A stretch of 30,926 nucleotides of DNA from Gemmatimonadaceae bacterium (GCA_040902005.1 JBBDYA010000111.1:50145-81070); one strand, 5' to 3'. Counted from the first letter of the stretch, positions 17,859-26,740 are shown. A program made the numbers and translations. The notes: generated by a model not told the origin, from the letters alone.

Positions 17859-19465
17859 CGGTGCCGGCCCCGCGCCACGGCCAGGGGTGCGACGGAGAGG
17901 CGCACCAGCGGCACCATGACGATGGCGAGCGCGAGGAGCAGCGCGCGCGGGATGAGCGCGGTGGAAAAGAACCAGAGCAAGACGCCATACACCGCGGTCA
18001 CGGCGAGAAGCCACAGGAGCGCCGCCCGCAGCATCGTGCCGTCACCCACCAGGCGTTCCCGGTGCAGTCGCACCGCGATGCGGGACGCCAGCACCGCCCT
18101 CGCGATGACGAGCACCGCGAGGGTGAGGTTCAGGGCCGGCCAGAACAGCGGCCGCAGAAATCCCCAGGCGGCGTCCCAGGCGAGTCCGGCCGCCACGAGC
18201 AGCGCCATCGCCGCGAGCGCCGTTCCCTGCACGAGCGCAGGCCGCCCGGCCATCCCGAGATACAGGCTCTGCACCATCTGGCGCCAGGTGGTAAGCACGA
18301 GCACAGCCAGCACCAGCGCGCCGAGCACCACGACGCGCTGGGCGCCGATCACCGTGCCCAGGTCGCGCGCTCCCTCCGAGACGATCGGCCACGTTCCGGA
18401 CGCCCAGAGGGTTGGTGGCAGCACGATGAGCACGATCGCCCAGGCAGTGAGTGTGCTCCTGGCCGCGACGGCGAGCCGCGCGGCGATGAGCGACGCGCTC
18501 GACAGCGGGCGCACCAGCGTGAAGGTTCCCAGTCCACCGTCCGGTGCCGCGTCGCGGACCGCGAGCGCCGTGAAGGTTGCCATGAAGGGCGGCGTCAACG
18601 CGACGATCACCAGCAGGGCTCCCACCATCGCCGGCGCGTCGGTCGCGACCCAGAACAGCAGCATCTCCACCGGCAGCACCATGCCGACCATGACGGGGAG
18701 CGACCAGCCGAAGCGCTTCCATTCCAGCCATCGCTGCGCAGCGGAGGCGGTTTCGAAATCAGGCAGCGGCTGCGCGTCGCTGTCCACCGACGCGCTCCGG
18801 CTGCGCCAGCCGGCGACGTCGCCTCGGCGCGCCGCGGTAACCGCGCGCCGCGCGGCCAGCCATGCCACCGGGAAATGCGGCGCGAGCAAGGCGATCATGA
18901 ACCCCTCGCTCGCACCGAGCTCGAGGGCCAGCGTTGCCGTCACGCCAACGGCCGAGAGGCCCACCACGGCGATCGCGACCCGCATTCCCCGCGCGGGATA
19001 CGACGACCAGGTGAGCACCTGCGTCCACGCGAGCAGCGCGATGGCCAGGAGCCCCGGCCAAGCCGCGGGCATGTCGATGTCCGCCGGCCATGGCGCGAGC
19101 AGTCGCGTCAGCGTCCAGAGGAGCGCCACCACCAGCGCGCCGGCCGCCATGGGCCACGTCACCAGGAACGTCGTCGTGACGGGCAGGGTGAAGAGCCGGC
19201 GTGGGAACATGGACTCGCGCGCAGACACATTGCCATCGCCCGAATAGGAGAAGATGGCGACGAACCAGTAGACCGCGACCGTCGCCGGGCCCATGACTGA
19301 CAGCGCGAAGGCGGCCCCCCACGTGGTCGTCATCGGTTGCGCGCGCGCGCTGACGACCAGGAAAAAGGCCAGCAATCCTGCGAGCCAGAGCGCCAAGACG
19401 AGCCATCCCCAGCGGTTCCGCCGGATCATCTCCCAGCGAAAGGTCGCCGCGTGAGCGCTCTCCAT
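17855..19465 (-). CDS. ABC transporter permease-like multi-TM protein
   Basis: About 12 hydrophobic helices in two halves (FTLPVTT / FTLVRPLSS); coupled to the ATPase gene. Confidence 0.75.
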   Translation of the reverse strand: MESAHAATFRWEMIRRNRWGWLVLALWLAGLLAFFLVVSARAQPMTTTWGAAFALSVMGPATVAVYWFVAIFSYSGDGNVSARESMFPRRLFTLPVTTTFLVTWPMAAGALVVALLWTLTRLLAPWPADIDMPAAWPGLLAIALLAWTQVLTWSSYPARGMRVAIAVVGLSAVGVTATLALELGASEGFMIALLAPHFPVAWLAARRAVTAARRGDVAGWRSRSASVDSDAQPLPDFETASAAQRWLEWKRFGWSLPVMVGMVLPVEMLLFWVATDAPAMVGALLVIVALTPPFMATFTALAVRDAAPDGGLGTFTLVRPLSSASLIAARLAVAARSTLTAWAIVLIVLPPTLWASGTWPIVSEGARDLGTVIGAQRVVVLGALVLAVLVLTTWRQMVQSLYLGMAGRPALVQGTALAAMALLVAAGLAWDAAWGFLRPLFWPALNLTLAVLVIARAVLASRIAVRLHRERLVGDGTMLRAALLWLLAVTAVYGVLLWFFSTALIPRALLLALAIVMVPLVRLSVAPLAVARGRHR

Positions 19466-20214
19466 CAGCGGGGAACCGGCGTCGCCGGGGTGGCCAGTCG
19501 TGAGTGAAACAGCTCGCCGAGACTCGGGACGCGCGCCCCATCGCGGTGCGATTCGCGCAGCTCGCCCAGAGGCCCGCTGAGCAGCACGCGACCGTCGCTG
19601 ACCATGATGACGTGGTCCGCCACCTCCTCCACCTCGTCGAGCAGGTGCGACGAGAAGAGCACGGTGCGTCCCTCGTGCGCGATGGTGCGAAGGACGGCGC
19701 CAAGGATGTCGCGACGCACGATCGGGTCGAGCCCCGAGGAAGGTTCGTCGAGCACCAGCAGCTCCGGCCGGTGAGCCAGCGCCGCGATCAGTCCCGCGCG
19801 CGCCTTCTGTCCCTTCGACAGGTCACGGATTCGCGCTGATGACTCCAGCCCGAACGCGCGGCGCAGCTCCTCCGCGTAGCCGTCGTCCCAGGTCGGGTAG
19901 AACGCGCGGGTGTAGCGAATCAGCTCACCCACGGACATCCAGGCCGGCAGGTCGTTCTCTTCCGAGAGGTAGCCGATGCGCGACAGGACGGCGACTGGAT
20001 CCGCCACGGGGTCCAACCCGAACACACGCACGGTGCCGCTCTGGGCGCGCAGCAGGCCGAGCACGTGGCGGATGATCGTCGTCTTGCCTGCCCCGTTGGC
20101 GCCGACGAGCCCGTACACCTTGCCGCGCGGCAGCAGGAGCGTGACGTCGTCGAGCGCCGTCTTCTGTCCGAAGCGGCGGGAGAGATTCGAGAGCTGAACG
20201 ACCGGTTCCGTCAT
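19465..20214 (-). CDS. ABC transporter ATP-binding protein (ABC-2/YtrB-like)
   Basis: Walker A GANGAGKT, signature LSKGQ, Walker B LLVLDEP, SSH switch. Start MTEPVV with SD. Confidence 0.92.
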   Translation of the reverse strand: MTEPVVQLSNLSRRFGQKTALDDVTLLLPRGKVYGLVGANGAGKTTIIRHVLGLLRAQSGTVRVFGLDPVADPVAVLSRIGYLSEENDLPAWMSVGELIRYTRAFYPTWDDGYAEELRRAFGLESSARIRDLSKGQKARAGLIAALAHRPELLVLDEPSSGLDPIVRRDILGAVLRTIAHEGRTVLFSSHLLDEVEEVADHVIMVSDGRVLLSGPLGELRESHRDGARVPSLGELFHSRLATPATPVPR

Positions 20215-20225
20215 GCCCCTTCCTG

Positions 20226-20294
20226 TCAGCGACGAGTGGTGTACCAATAGTCGAAGCGCTCCTCGTTGTGCGCCGGAATCACGAACGAAACCAT
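20226..20294 (-). pseudogene. Internally deleted GT2 glycosyltransferase (22-aa remnant)
   Basis: MVSFVIPAHNEER (GT2 N-terminus) fused to FDYWYTTRR (GT2-like C-terminus; compare ERYWYGSQR in the 20897 gene). Confidence 0.7.
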
Positions 20295-20321
20295 CAGCCC
20301 GTCAGTTGGCAGATGCCTGTC

Positions 20322-20346
20322 GTCGGCTTCGACTACCTCGTTCGGC
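20322..20346 (-). repeat. attC half-site (R''/L'' arm)
   Basis: Minus strand GCCGAAC GAGGTAGTCGAAGCCGAC, similar to GCCGCAC GAGGAGTTGAAGCC at 21782. Confidence 0.6.
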
Positions 20347-20362
20347 GGATCGCCCGATGTAG

Positions 20363-20860
20363 TCATTCGATGGGTGGGCCAGGCGGTGAGGGTGTAACCG
20401 ACGCCACTGCCATGTAGAACGGCGGTCCACCCGCAAACCCGAACTCCTCGAAGTGGGAGCGCATCGCACTCGCAAATGCCACCGACGCCGGTGGTACTTC
20501 CGCGACTCCAATCACCGCACAACCTGGCAATGGAACGCCTGCCTCATCCGTGAGCAACAACTCCAGGCCGCGAAACTGTTCATTCACGTGACGCCGAGTG
20601 TGTGCCGCTGGGTTGGTGCGGATCCAGGATTGAATGGCGAGGTCTCGCTCGTGCTCATCCGGAATGCGTGCGATTGCGGCGGGCACTCCCGTTATTGGCG
20701 CGCGCTGAATGACGTTGAATGCCGCGATGGCCGGGCGAACGTGTTCAAATGCCTGCGTCGGCTGCAGCGGCCAGGATCGCGTGTTGGCGTCGGACCGCGG
20801 TAACTCGGGCCCGAGTTCTGCGACGATCTCGGCACCAGACTTCAGGTACATTGGCATCAT
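20363..20860 (-). CDS. Hypothetical cassette protein
   Basis: 165-aa ORF that shares motifs with the 26721 gene. Confidence 0.65.
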   Translation of the reverse strand: MMPMYLKSGAEIVAELGPELPRSDANTRSWPLQPTQAFEHVRPAIAAFNVIQRAPITGVPAAIARIPDEHERDLAIQSWIRTNPAAHTRRHVNEQFRGLELLLTDEAGVPLPGCAVIGVAEVPPASVAFASAMRSHFEEFGFAGGPPFYMAVASVTPSPPGPPIE

Positions 20861-20896
20861 CAGCTCGCAGTCGTCGCCCGACAGTTGTTGTCGCCG

Positions 20897-21679
20897 CTAG
20901 GCGGCGGTGCGCCCAGTCTTATCGCGCTGCGAACCGTACCAGTACCGCTCTGCCCATGAGCGTAGCGCGGGATACCAGAAAAGTCCCAGGACGAATCGCA
21001 AGGGCATGAAGACGTAGTGCCAGTCGCCATGCTCATCGAATTTGCGCGCGGAAAAGATCGCAGGAACATTCGGCAGCCACCCGACGACTTGACCCCTTCG
21101 CCGCCCAAGGCGCTTGAGATCGAGAAGAAATCGGGCGTCTTCAGCGAATAGCAGTTGTTCGGAGTATCCACCGACGGCCTTCCAGTCCGCCTGGCGGCAG
21201 CAGACCAACCCTGTCGGTGCGCATTGATGTCGCGCGCGTGGAATGCCATACCGGAGCAGCAGGGTTGCACATCCAAGGATCAACCACGTGACGTCGATTC
21301 CCAGGGAACGGCGTGTTGGAAGGATACCGGTGGCGCCAACGACGTATGTATTGTCGCTGAAATAGTCGGCAATGGCGTTGAACGTATCGGGATGGATCCG
21401 CGTATCGGCGTCGACGAACGCCAGTATGCTTCCGTGAGACGCAGCGGCTCCACCGTTTCGAACGGCGCCAATGCGTCGCGGGACCACATCGACAACGCGG
21501 GCGCCGCATTGCCCGGCGACGGCAGCAGTTCCATCCGTTGATCCGTTGTTGGCGACGATGATATCAACGGCATCAGCCCCAAAACGATAGCGTCGGCCTG
21601 CCTCGGCTATGTCACCGAGTAGCAACGGCAGACAACGTTCCTCGTTGTACGCAGGAATGACGACAGCAATCGTGAGCAT
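20897..21679 (-). CDS. Glycosyltransferase family 2
   Basis: VVIPAYNEE, NNGSTDGT, RNGGA, FVDADT (DxD), VGGY..EDA, SARKF. Stop lies in GCCTAG(C), an R''-like box. Confidence 0.9.
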   Translation of the reverse strand: MLTIAVVIPAYNEERCLPLLLGDIAEAGRRYRFGADAVDIIVANNGSTDGTAAVAGQCGARVVDVVPRRIGAVRNGGAAASHGSILAFVDADTRIHPDTFNAIADYFSDNTYVVGATGILPTRRSLGIDVTWLILGCATLLLRYGIPRARHQCAPTGLVCCRQADWKAVGGYSEQLLFAEDARFLLDLKRLGRRRGQVVGWLPNVPAIFSARKFDEHGDWHYVFMPLRFVLGLFWYPALRSWAERYWYGSQRDKTGRTAA

Positions 21680-21690
21680 GAACGACGTCC

Positions 21691-21782
21691 GCCTAACGCG
21701 CCGGAGGTGAGCCGCGGCGCCACATGTGAATTACTTGACCAAACTGTCTCGAGATGCCGCGGGCTTCAACTCCTCGTGCGGC
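21691..21782 (-). repeat. attC site, nearly complete (92 bp)
   Basis: Minus strand GCCGCAC GAGGA GTTGAAGC CCGCGGC ... GCCGCGGC TCACC TCCGGCGC GTTAGGC. Paired arms with extrahelical bases and a canonical R'. Confidence 0.85.
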
Positions 21783-21995
21783 CGCGGGGCGAACCGCCTG
21801 CGCAAGATTGGCAGCTGCTCCCAAGCCCAGAGGAGCGAGCGTGCCGCCAAGAAGCGCCACTACCTTGGGATAGATCAGCACCGCAGCCGTGCCCAAGCCG
21901 AGTATCCCAACAGACGCATTGATCACGACGCGACGCTGCGCTACACGCGCTGTGGAAAGAGGAGCTGTGTCGGAGCGTTGTAGTGCTGGAAACAT
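21693..21995 (-). CDS. Small membrane protein, likely degenerate; reads through attC
   Basis: MFPALQ...INASVGILGLGTAAVLIYPKVVALLGG; the frame runs across the attC. Confidence 0.4.
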   Translation of the reverse strand: MFPALQRSDTAPLSTARVAQRRVVINASVGILGLGTAAVLIYPKVVALLGGTLAPLGLGAAANLAQAVRPAAARGVEARGISRQFGQVIHMWRRGSPPAR

Positions 21996-22002
21996 TGGTC
22001 GT

Positions 22003-22109
22003 CCCTGACGCGCCGAAGTAGGCCGGCGCCGAGCGTGAATGAACTCAACCAACTGCTTGGGAAACATGGAAGCATCTCTCCGCCGTCCGCTTTGAACGCA
22101 TACTCAGGC
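22003..22109 (-). repeat. Degenerate attC site
   Basis: Plus strand CCCTGAC GCGCCGAAGT...CTCAGGC. The left arm resembles GCCTAAC GCGCCGGAG. Confidence 0.6.
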
Positions 22110-22116
22110 GGACCTC

Positions 22117-22551
22117 TCAAGACGCGGAGAACGACGTGCGTACCGCTGGTGTGCCTAAGTACCGGCCGAGCGCGACATAGAGCGCTAGTTTGACCGCGCC
22201 TACCCCAACAACGCTCCATTGCCTGTGCCATATGCCCCACCCTAGCGCAACGATTGTAAGAAGACTTATTGACGCGAGCAAGGAAAAAATGGCCAGTCTC
22301 GCCCAGGGCTGGAGCCTGAAGAGTGCGTAGCTGAGCGCCCCTATGGAAAGGCCGATGAGGAGAAGAGCCCAGGCTGCGTAATCCGCGAACGGGCCAACCA
22401 GGCTGGCGGGAGAAACGCGGTTGGGCCCGTAGCCGACCTGTGAATAGACGAGCTGGTTGCCCATGAGTGTCGCCACCCCGAGGGCGAGCGAAGCGAATCC
22501 ATTGATCGCCGCGAGCAAGGCGATGAGCGTAACGCCTGGTGGACGATCCAT
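22117..22551 (-). CDS. Four-TM membrane protein, hypothetical
   Basis: MDRPPGVTLIA... start; SD GGAG; four hydrophobic helices. Confidence 0.75.
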   Translation of the reverse strand: MDRPPGVTLIALLAAINGFASLALGVATLMGNQLVYSQVGYGPNRVSPASLVGPFADYAAWALLLIGLSIGALSYALFRLQPWARLAIFSLLASISLLTIVALGWGIWHRQWSVVGVGAVKLALYVALGRYLGTPAVRTSFSAS

Positions 22552-22583
22552 GCGAGCACTCCAATGTGGGAAGCGAAAGCCGC

Positions 22584-22820
22584 CTACACGTCAGATTCTG
22601 TACCGGGTGTGTTCTTCGGCCTCCCACCCGCACCGCGCCGCAGTGCAATGGCGTGCAATGCGACCATTCCGAGCGCGCCGAGTGGCACGATCGTGAATGT
22701 CCACCGAAACCCGGATTCCAGCGTGGCGGTTGTCGCGAGCACAACGAACGCCCATACGATCATGAGCTCCAGGTGATACTCGCGCCGAGTGATCGGAGTG
22801 TCCAGCGGCATGTTGACCAT
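22584..22820 (-). CDS. Small two-TM protein, hypothetical
   Basis: Strong SD GAGGAGG. The stop lies within GTGTAGGCGGC, an R'-like remnant. Confidence 0.55.
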   Translation of the reverse strand: MVNMPLDTPITRREYHLELMIVWAFVVLATTATLESGFRWTFTIVPLGALGMVALHAIALRRGAGGRPKNTPGTESDV

Positions 22821-22935
22821 GAGTCCTCCTCGCGTCTGTCTGGCGTTGTGGGTCAACGGCGGGTCGCAGCGGGCCGTCCGCTGCGGCTGTCATGGGGTGG
22901 GTGACGCCATGGTTCTCAAACGCGGCGCCCACGTT

Positions 22936-23321
22936 CTATCTACTTCTCTTCCTGGTCGCCGACTCCGAGCGAGCTTCCTGTACTCTGAGCTTGACGATCC
23001 GTTCTATCAAAGTCAAAGGCATTGGCTTATCGATGGGGAATTGGACGACCCTTTTGCGCTTTCGTACCGAGAGATCTCTTCCTTGAACGCCTCGATGCCG
23101 GATGGTGTTGGGTAGAACCCTATATGGTTCTTGAATGCCGCGAAGTGCACCAGATTCCCATTCAGGACGAACGTCGGGATGCGGTACTTGATCGCTTCCT
23201 CTGCGTCGGGTGCGACTCTCTTGATCGTGGTTCGTAGCTGTTGGAGAATGTCTTGCACATCGCGCGGAAAGCCAGCGATGTACTCGTCGATGTTCCTGGG
23301 TGAGCCGCTGGCGGTCTTCAT
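22936..23321 (-). pseudogene. YdhG/DUF1801 family protein, frameshifted near 23046
   Basis: IDEYIAGFP...AEEAIKYRIPTF...HIGFYP...AKGS continues as VQFPIDKPMPLTLIERIVKLRVQE in another frame (1 bp missing). Confidence 0.85.
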
Positions 23322-23357
23322 GCGCAGTTCTCCGAGTCTGCTACGTCGCGACCATCT

Positions 23358-23388
23358 GCATGACGCGCCGGAGTCAAGCCACGAGCGC
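23358..23388 (-). repeat. attC half-site (L'/R' arm)
   Basis: Plus strand GCATGAC GCGCCGGAGTCAAGCC, compared with GCCTAAC GCGCCGGAGTCAGC at 28458. Confidence 0.65.
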
Positions 23389-23435
23389 AATGATCTCTTG
23401 CAGATGGGTGTGTAACGACATGGCAGTTCTGCTGC

Positions 23436-23966
23436 CTATCGACTTGCAGGCGGTACGACACCGACCGCGCGAAGGTATTGAGTAGTTTGGCCGTAATGAT
23501 TCCAGCCGTGCGCGATGATACCAATGACGACGCCCAGGGGGAGTACCATGCGATCGCCCGATTTGACGGGCTGGATGGCAGTGCCTTCATCCAAGGCCGC
23601 GATAGCCTTCCGCACGTCATCAAAGGATGCACGCAAATACGCTAGCACGGCCTCCTTCGTCTTTGTATCGGGCGCGTTTCCGACGACGGACGGCTCCGGC
23701 TGCTGCGAGACTATTGCGGCGCTTAGATAGTTGTTGATCGCGACATGCTTGAGCTGCTGCGCGAAGGTGCTCGTCCCTTTGTTGGGTGATGAGTTGAAGT
23801 GGTCTTCCGGCATCGCTTCGCCGATTGCGAGGAGCTGCGATGCCAGATAGCCGACGGCGCGATCGAGTGCCTGCGGCGTGGTTGTTACTTGCGCCTTCGC
23901 CGAGGAAGGCGCAATCGCTGCTATGCTGGCAAGCACAAAAGCCCGGAAAAGAGTGTTCCAGCGCAT
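23436..23966 (-). CDS. Exported DinB-family protein
   Basis: Signal peptide; AMPE..F; QQLKH; HGWNHYGQ..YLR..G..PP; SD AGGAGG. Confidence 0.85.
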   Translation of the reverse strand: MRWNTLFRAFVLASIAAIAPSSAKAQVTTTPQALDRAVGYLASQLLAIGEAMPEDHFNSSPNKGTSTFAQQLKHVAINNYLSAAIVSQQPEPSVVGNAPDTKTKEAVLAYLRASFDDVRKAIAALDEGTAIQPVKSGDRMVLPLGVVIGIIAHGWNHYGQTTQYLRAVGVVPPASR

Positions 23967-24008
23967 AACCCGGTCCTCCTTTGTCAAAAAGTCAGCTGCT
24001 GAGGAAAG

Positions 24009-24070
24009 GCATAACTTGACGTGCCAACGGCCGATCTTCGGCCGAGATCAACGTACAGTCCTAGTTCCGT
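24009..24070 (-). repeat. Short attC-like element of a different type
   Basis: GCATAAC...CGGCCGA-TCT-TCGGCCG...GTTCCGT. Confidence 0.35.
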
Positions 24071-24199
24071 CTAGCGGATGGCGTTTCGGGTGCGGGCACG
24101 CCGAATTCCAGGCGATGGCGGCGGAACTGCGCGCGCGAGTGGCTTCTCTCCGGTAACCCATTCGTTGAACCTGCCGATCACTCCAAAACTGCTTGGGGA

Positions 24200-24228
24200 C
24201 GCCGCCGGCTTCAGCTCCTCTGGGTGGC
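24200..24228 (-). repeat. attC arm (L'' side) with degenerate R''
   Basis: Plus strand CGCCGCCGGCTTCAGCTCCTC, compared with GCCGCGGGCTTCAACTCCTC at 21756-21775. Confidence 0.6.
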
Positions 24229-24240
24229 GCTCGCGAGATC

Positions 24241-24672
24241 TCAAGCCTCCTCCCAGTACACCACGGTGCTGAGCGGCCGCGTGAGGAGCAGTTCAGCGAA
24301 TAGCGGGTGTTGCTCGACGGCGTCCACGAAGCGTTCGAAGGTAGCATGATCGAAGCTCCACTCGCACCATTCCGGAGGTGTGCGGTGACGCGCCGCGAAG
24401 GTGAACTCGCATGCCACGGCGCCTACGGGCTCCAACCGGTCCCCTTCGAGGGCAAGTACCTGCCGCGTGAAAAAAAGATGAATGGGGCGTCGATCTCCAA
24501 CCGGGGAAACCTGAACGCTTACACCATGATCCGGGCGCTCCGAATACTCTCGGGCAAACTGCTTGAAGACCACCCAGGCTCTCCACGGATCAAGGGCTTC
24601 AGGTGCGAGGCCACGCGCCGCGAACAGCGCGAGGAGCGCCGCGAGCAACGCGGATGATTGATGACGGCCCAT
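24241..24672 (-). CDS. Hypothetical cassette protein
   Basis: 143-aa ORF from MGRHQ, starting 2 nt after the upstream stop. Confidence 0.65.
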   Translation of the reverse strand: MGRHQSSALLAALLALFAARGLAPEALDPWRAWVVFKQFAREYSERPDHGVSVQVSPVGDRRPIHLFFTRQVLALEGDRLEPVGAVACEFTFAARHRTPPEWCEWSFDHATFERFVDAVEQHPLFAELLLTRPLSTVVYWEEA

Positions 24673-24674
24673 CG

Positions 24675-25066
24675 TCAGATCACAGGAGGTACAGGCTGAG
24701 TCGTGGCGCGCGCGCGCGTAGCAACGTGGGCTGCCCAGGCCACGCCCATGGCGATCACCGCCGCCCCGATGCTTGCCGCGAGAGCGCCGCCAACCGTTCC
24801 ATCCGAGCCGCCATACGCGATCACGGCTGCGCCTGGGACATAGGTCACCACGGCACCCCACGCCAGTGCGATGAGGTAGCTCCAGCGTCGGCGCAACGCA
24901 AGTCCGATGGCGGCGACGACCCCCAGCATGTCATACAGAAACACACCGCCTGTTACGGATTGCTGTAACGCGGTGCGGGCATCGGCCCACTCGTTGACGC
25001 CGTTCCAGAGTCCGAGAACCCGGTTCCGAGAAGAACGGTAGTGGCAAGTAGCCAAGCAACCCTCAA
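24675..25066 (-). pseudogene. Four-TM membrane protein with N-terminal frameshift near 25021
   Basis: LRVAWLLATTVLLGTG (from TTG 25066) joins VLGLWNGVNEW if one G is added to GGG. Confidence 0.55.
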
Positions 25067-25075
25067 GTCAGCGCC

Positions 25076-25498
25076 TCAATCATACCTGGGAAGTGGGCCT
25101 TGATCTGGCTCCATGAACTCGGCTCTCGCCTCTGCAGAGAAAAGCAGAGAGGCGGAATAGTGACTGAGCATAATCTTGCTGTCTAGAAGCTGTGGGTTCA
25201 CCTCAAGGAACGCATCTGCGGAGTCCGCATCCGGAGTCAGTGCCATAAAATGGCGGACGGCAAGGATCCAAGCCTGCGTTATCGTGGCGTGGTACTTCGA
25301 CGCGGGAATCCCATGGTGCTGAAGAAACGCGAGCAGGGCTGCGCGCATGCGTGTGGTCGCAGTCTCGGGATCGGATTCAGCCAAATAGACGTAGGCGGCG
25401 CGAACATGCGCACGATGGTCGAACTGAGGCGGAGCGAGCGTGGAAGCCTCGAGCTGAGCAACAAAGAGTCTATCGTCGGGCGAAACGCGATGCGTCAT
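25076..25498 (-). CDS. Conserved hypothetical protein (His-rich helical)
   Basis: FDHRAHVRAAY...KYHATITQAW...HYS..LLFS.EAR..F.EPD pattern. Confidence 0.75.
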   Translation of the reverse strand: MTHRVSPDDRLFVAQLEASTLAPPQFDHRAHVRAAYVYLAESDPETATTRMRAALLAFLQHHGIPASKYHATITQAWILAVRHFMALTPDADSADAFLEVNPQLLDSKIMLSHYSASLLFSAEARAEFMEPDQGPLPRYD

Positions 25499-25513
25499 AA
25501 TTGGAGTAAGACC

Positions 25514-25555
25514 GCCTGACGCCGCAGCGCCGACAGGTTCATCGTGTCGTCAGGC
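25514..25555 (-). repeat. Collapsed 42-bp attC
   Basis: GCCTGAC ... GTCAGGC perfect terminal inverted repeat. The TGA of the DUF4345 gene lies in R''. Confidence 0.65.
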
Positions 25556-25963
25556 GTCACGGCCGGTACCCAGTGATTCCACCCGTGGCCTGACTATTAG
25601 TATGGCGCCTCCGCCTAAACACTCGAGAGCAAAGAACGCCCAAATGCTGGCGGACGGCATGCCGTCGATGGCCAGACTCAGGATCCGACCGAGCGTCTGA
25701 CCGAGGATCAGCAGGGCTCCCAAATCTCCCAGGAGCAGGGAGTCAACGCGGACCGCCGCAACGATGAGAAGGACGGCGGTCGCGAGCCAAACGCCAACAT
25801 AGACAGCACGGAACTCGCTCAGAGCATCTATGGTCGTGAGCTCATAGCCAAGCTGCCGAGCCATGCGGTGAGGGGCGACCAGGGAGGCCAGAGCAATAGC
25901 GCCGAACACTCCCGCCGCGGCTAGTAGCAGGAACCGTCTCAGCGTCCGTGGGCTCGCTCTCAT
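25550..25963 (-). CDS. DUF4345-like membrane protein
   Basis: MRASPRTLRRFLL...ALSEFRAVYVG...GRILSLAIDG. ATGA overlap with the GT2 stop. Confidence 0.8.
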   Translation of the reverse strand: MRASPRTLRRFLLLAAAGVFGAIALASLVAPHRMARQLGYELTTIDALSEFRAVYVGVWLATAVLLIVAAVRVDSLLLGDLGALLILGQTLGRILSLAIDGMPSASIWAFFALECLGGGAILIVRPRVESLGTGRDA

Positions 25964-26740
25964 CGCTCTGCCTTGTACCACACATGCGCGAACTGCCTGT
26001 CTCGCACGGCTCGGCGGTGCGACAGCGACAGCTTCAGGGCGAATCGCAGCCACCACCAGAACCCTTGCCCGATACCCCGGCGACCCGAGGTACGGAACGG
26101 GTGCTTGTGTAGGATGATGAACCTCTGCCCGCGTATAACACCGTGCTTCTTCAACCGGCTGACAAAGTCCCCCTTCTTCGAACAGGTAGTGCTCCTCGGA
26201 AAACCCGTTGATCTCTTGAAATGCGTCGCGCCGACACAGGAGGAAGGCCCCCGGACACCACCGAAAGGCGCGCATGCTCCAGTTCTTGCTCTCCCACGCG
26301 TACTTGAACCAGCGCGGGCCATCGACGACGCGGATTGTACTGCCGCAACCGATGCACGTCGCGTCGCTGAGGAGCGCGGCGACGTCACCCATGAGTTCCG
26401 GCGGCGGCCACGAATCAGCGTCGATGAACAGCAGCCATTCGCCCGACGCAACGCTCGCACCGCGATTCCGAGCTCTGGATATCTGATTCACGGGCTCAAA
26501 GATGACTCGGCAGTCCGCCTGCTCGGCCAGCATGGCGGTGGTATCCGTGGAGTTGTTGTCGCAGACAACAATCTCGTACGCCGCGGCGATACTCGGTGTA
26601 GCAGCGCAGGCCTCGCGGATGCGCTGCACAGACTGCCGAAGGCGGCGCTCCTCATTGAAGGCGGGAATGACGATCGACAGCCGTGGTGAGTGAGCTGCTG
26701 CCGAAGCCGGCCGGGCTGGTTCAGACACCGGCATCGTCAT
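25960..26740 (-). pseudogene. Glycosyltransferase family 2, frameshifted near 26170
   Basis: LSIVIPAFNEE, DNNSTD, FIDADS, GFSEEHYLFEE then DFVSRLKK...TSGRR...VWYKAER in another frame (extra G in a G5 run). Start uncertain. Confidence 0.85.

Noticed and set aside
22867..22885. GCAGCGG-gccgt-CCGCTGC hairpin
   Set aside because: No R boxes or U-tract, so it cannot be assigned as attC or terminator.
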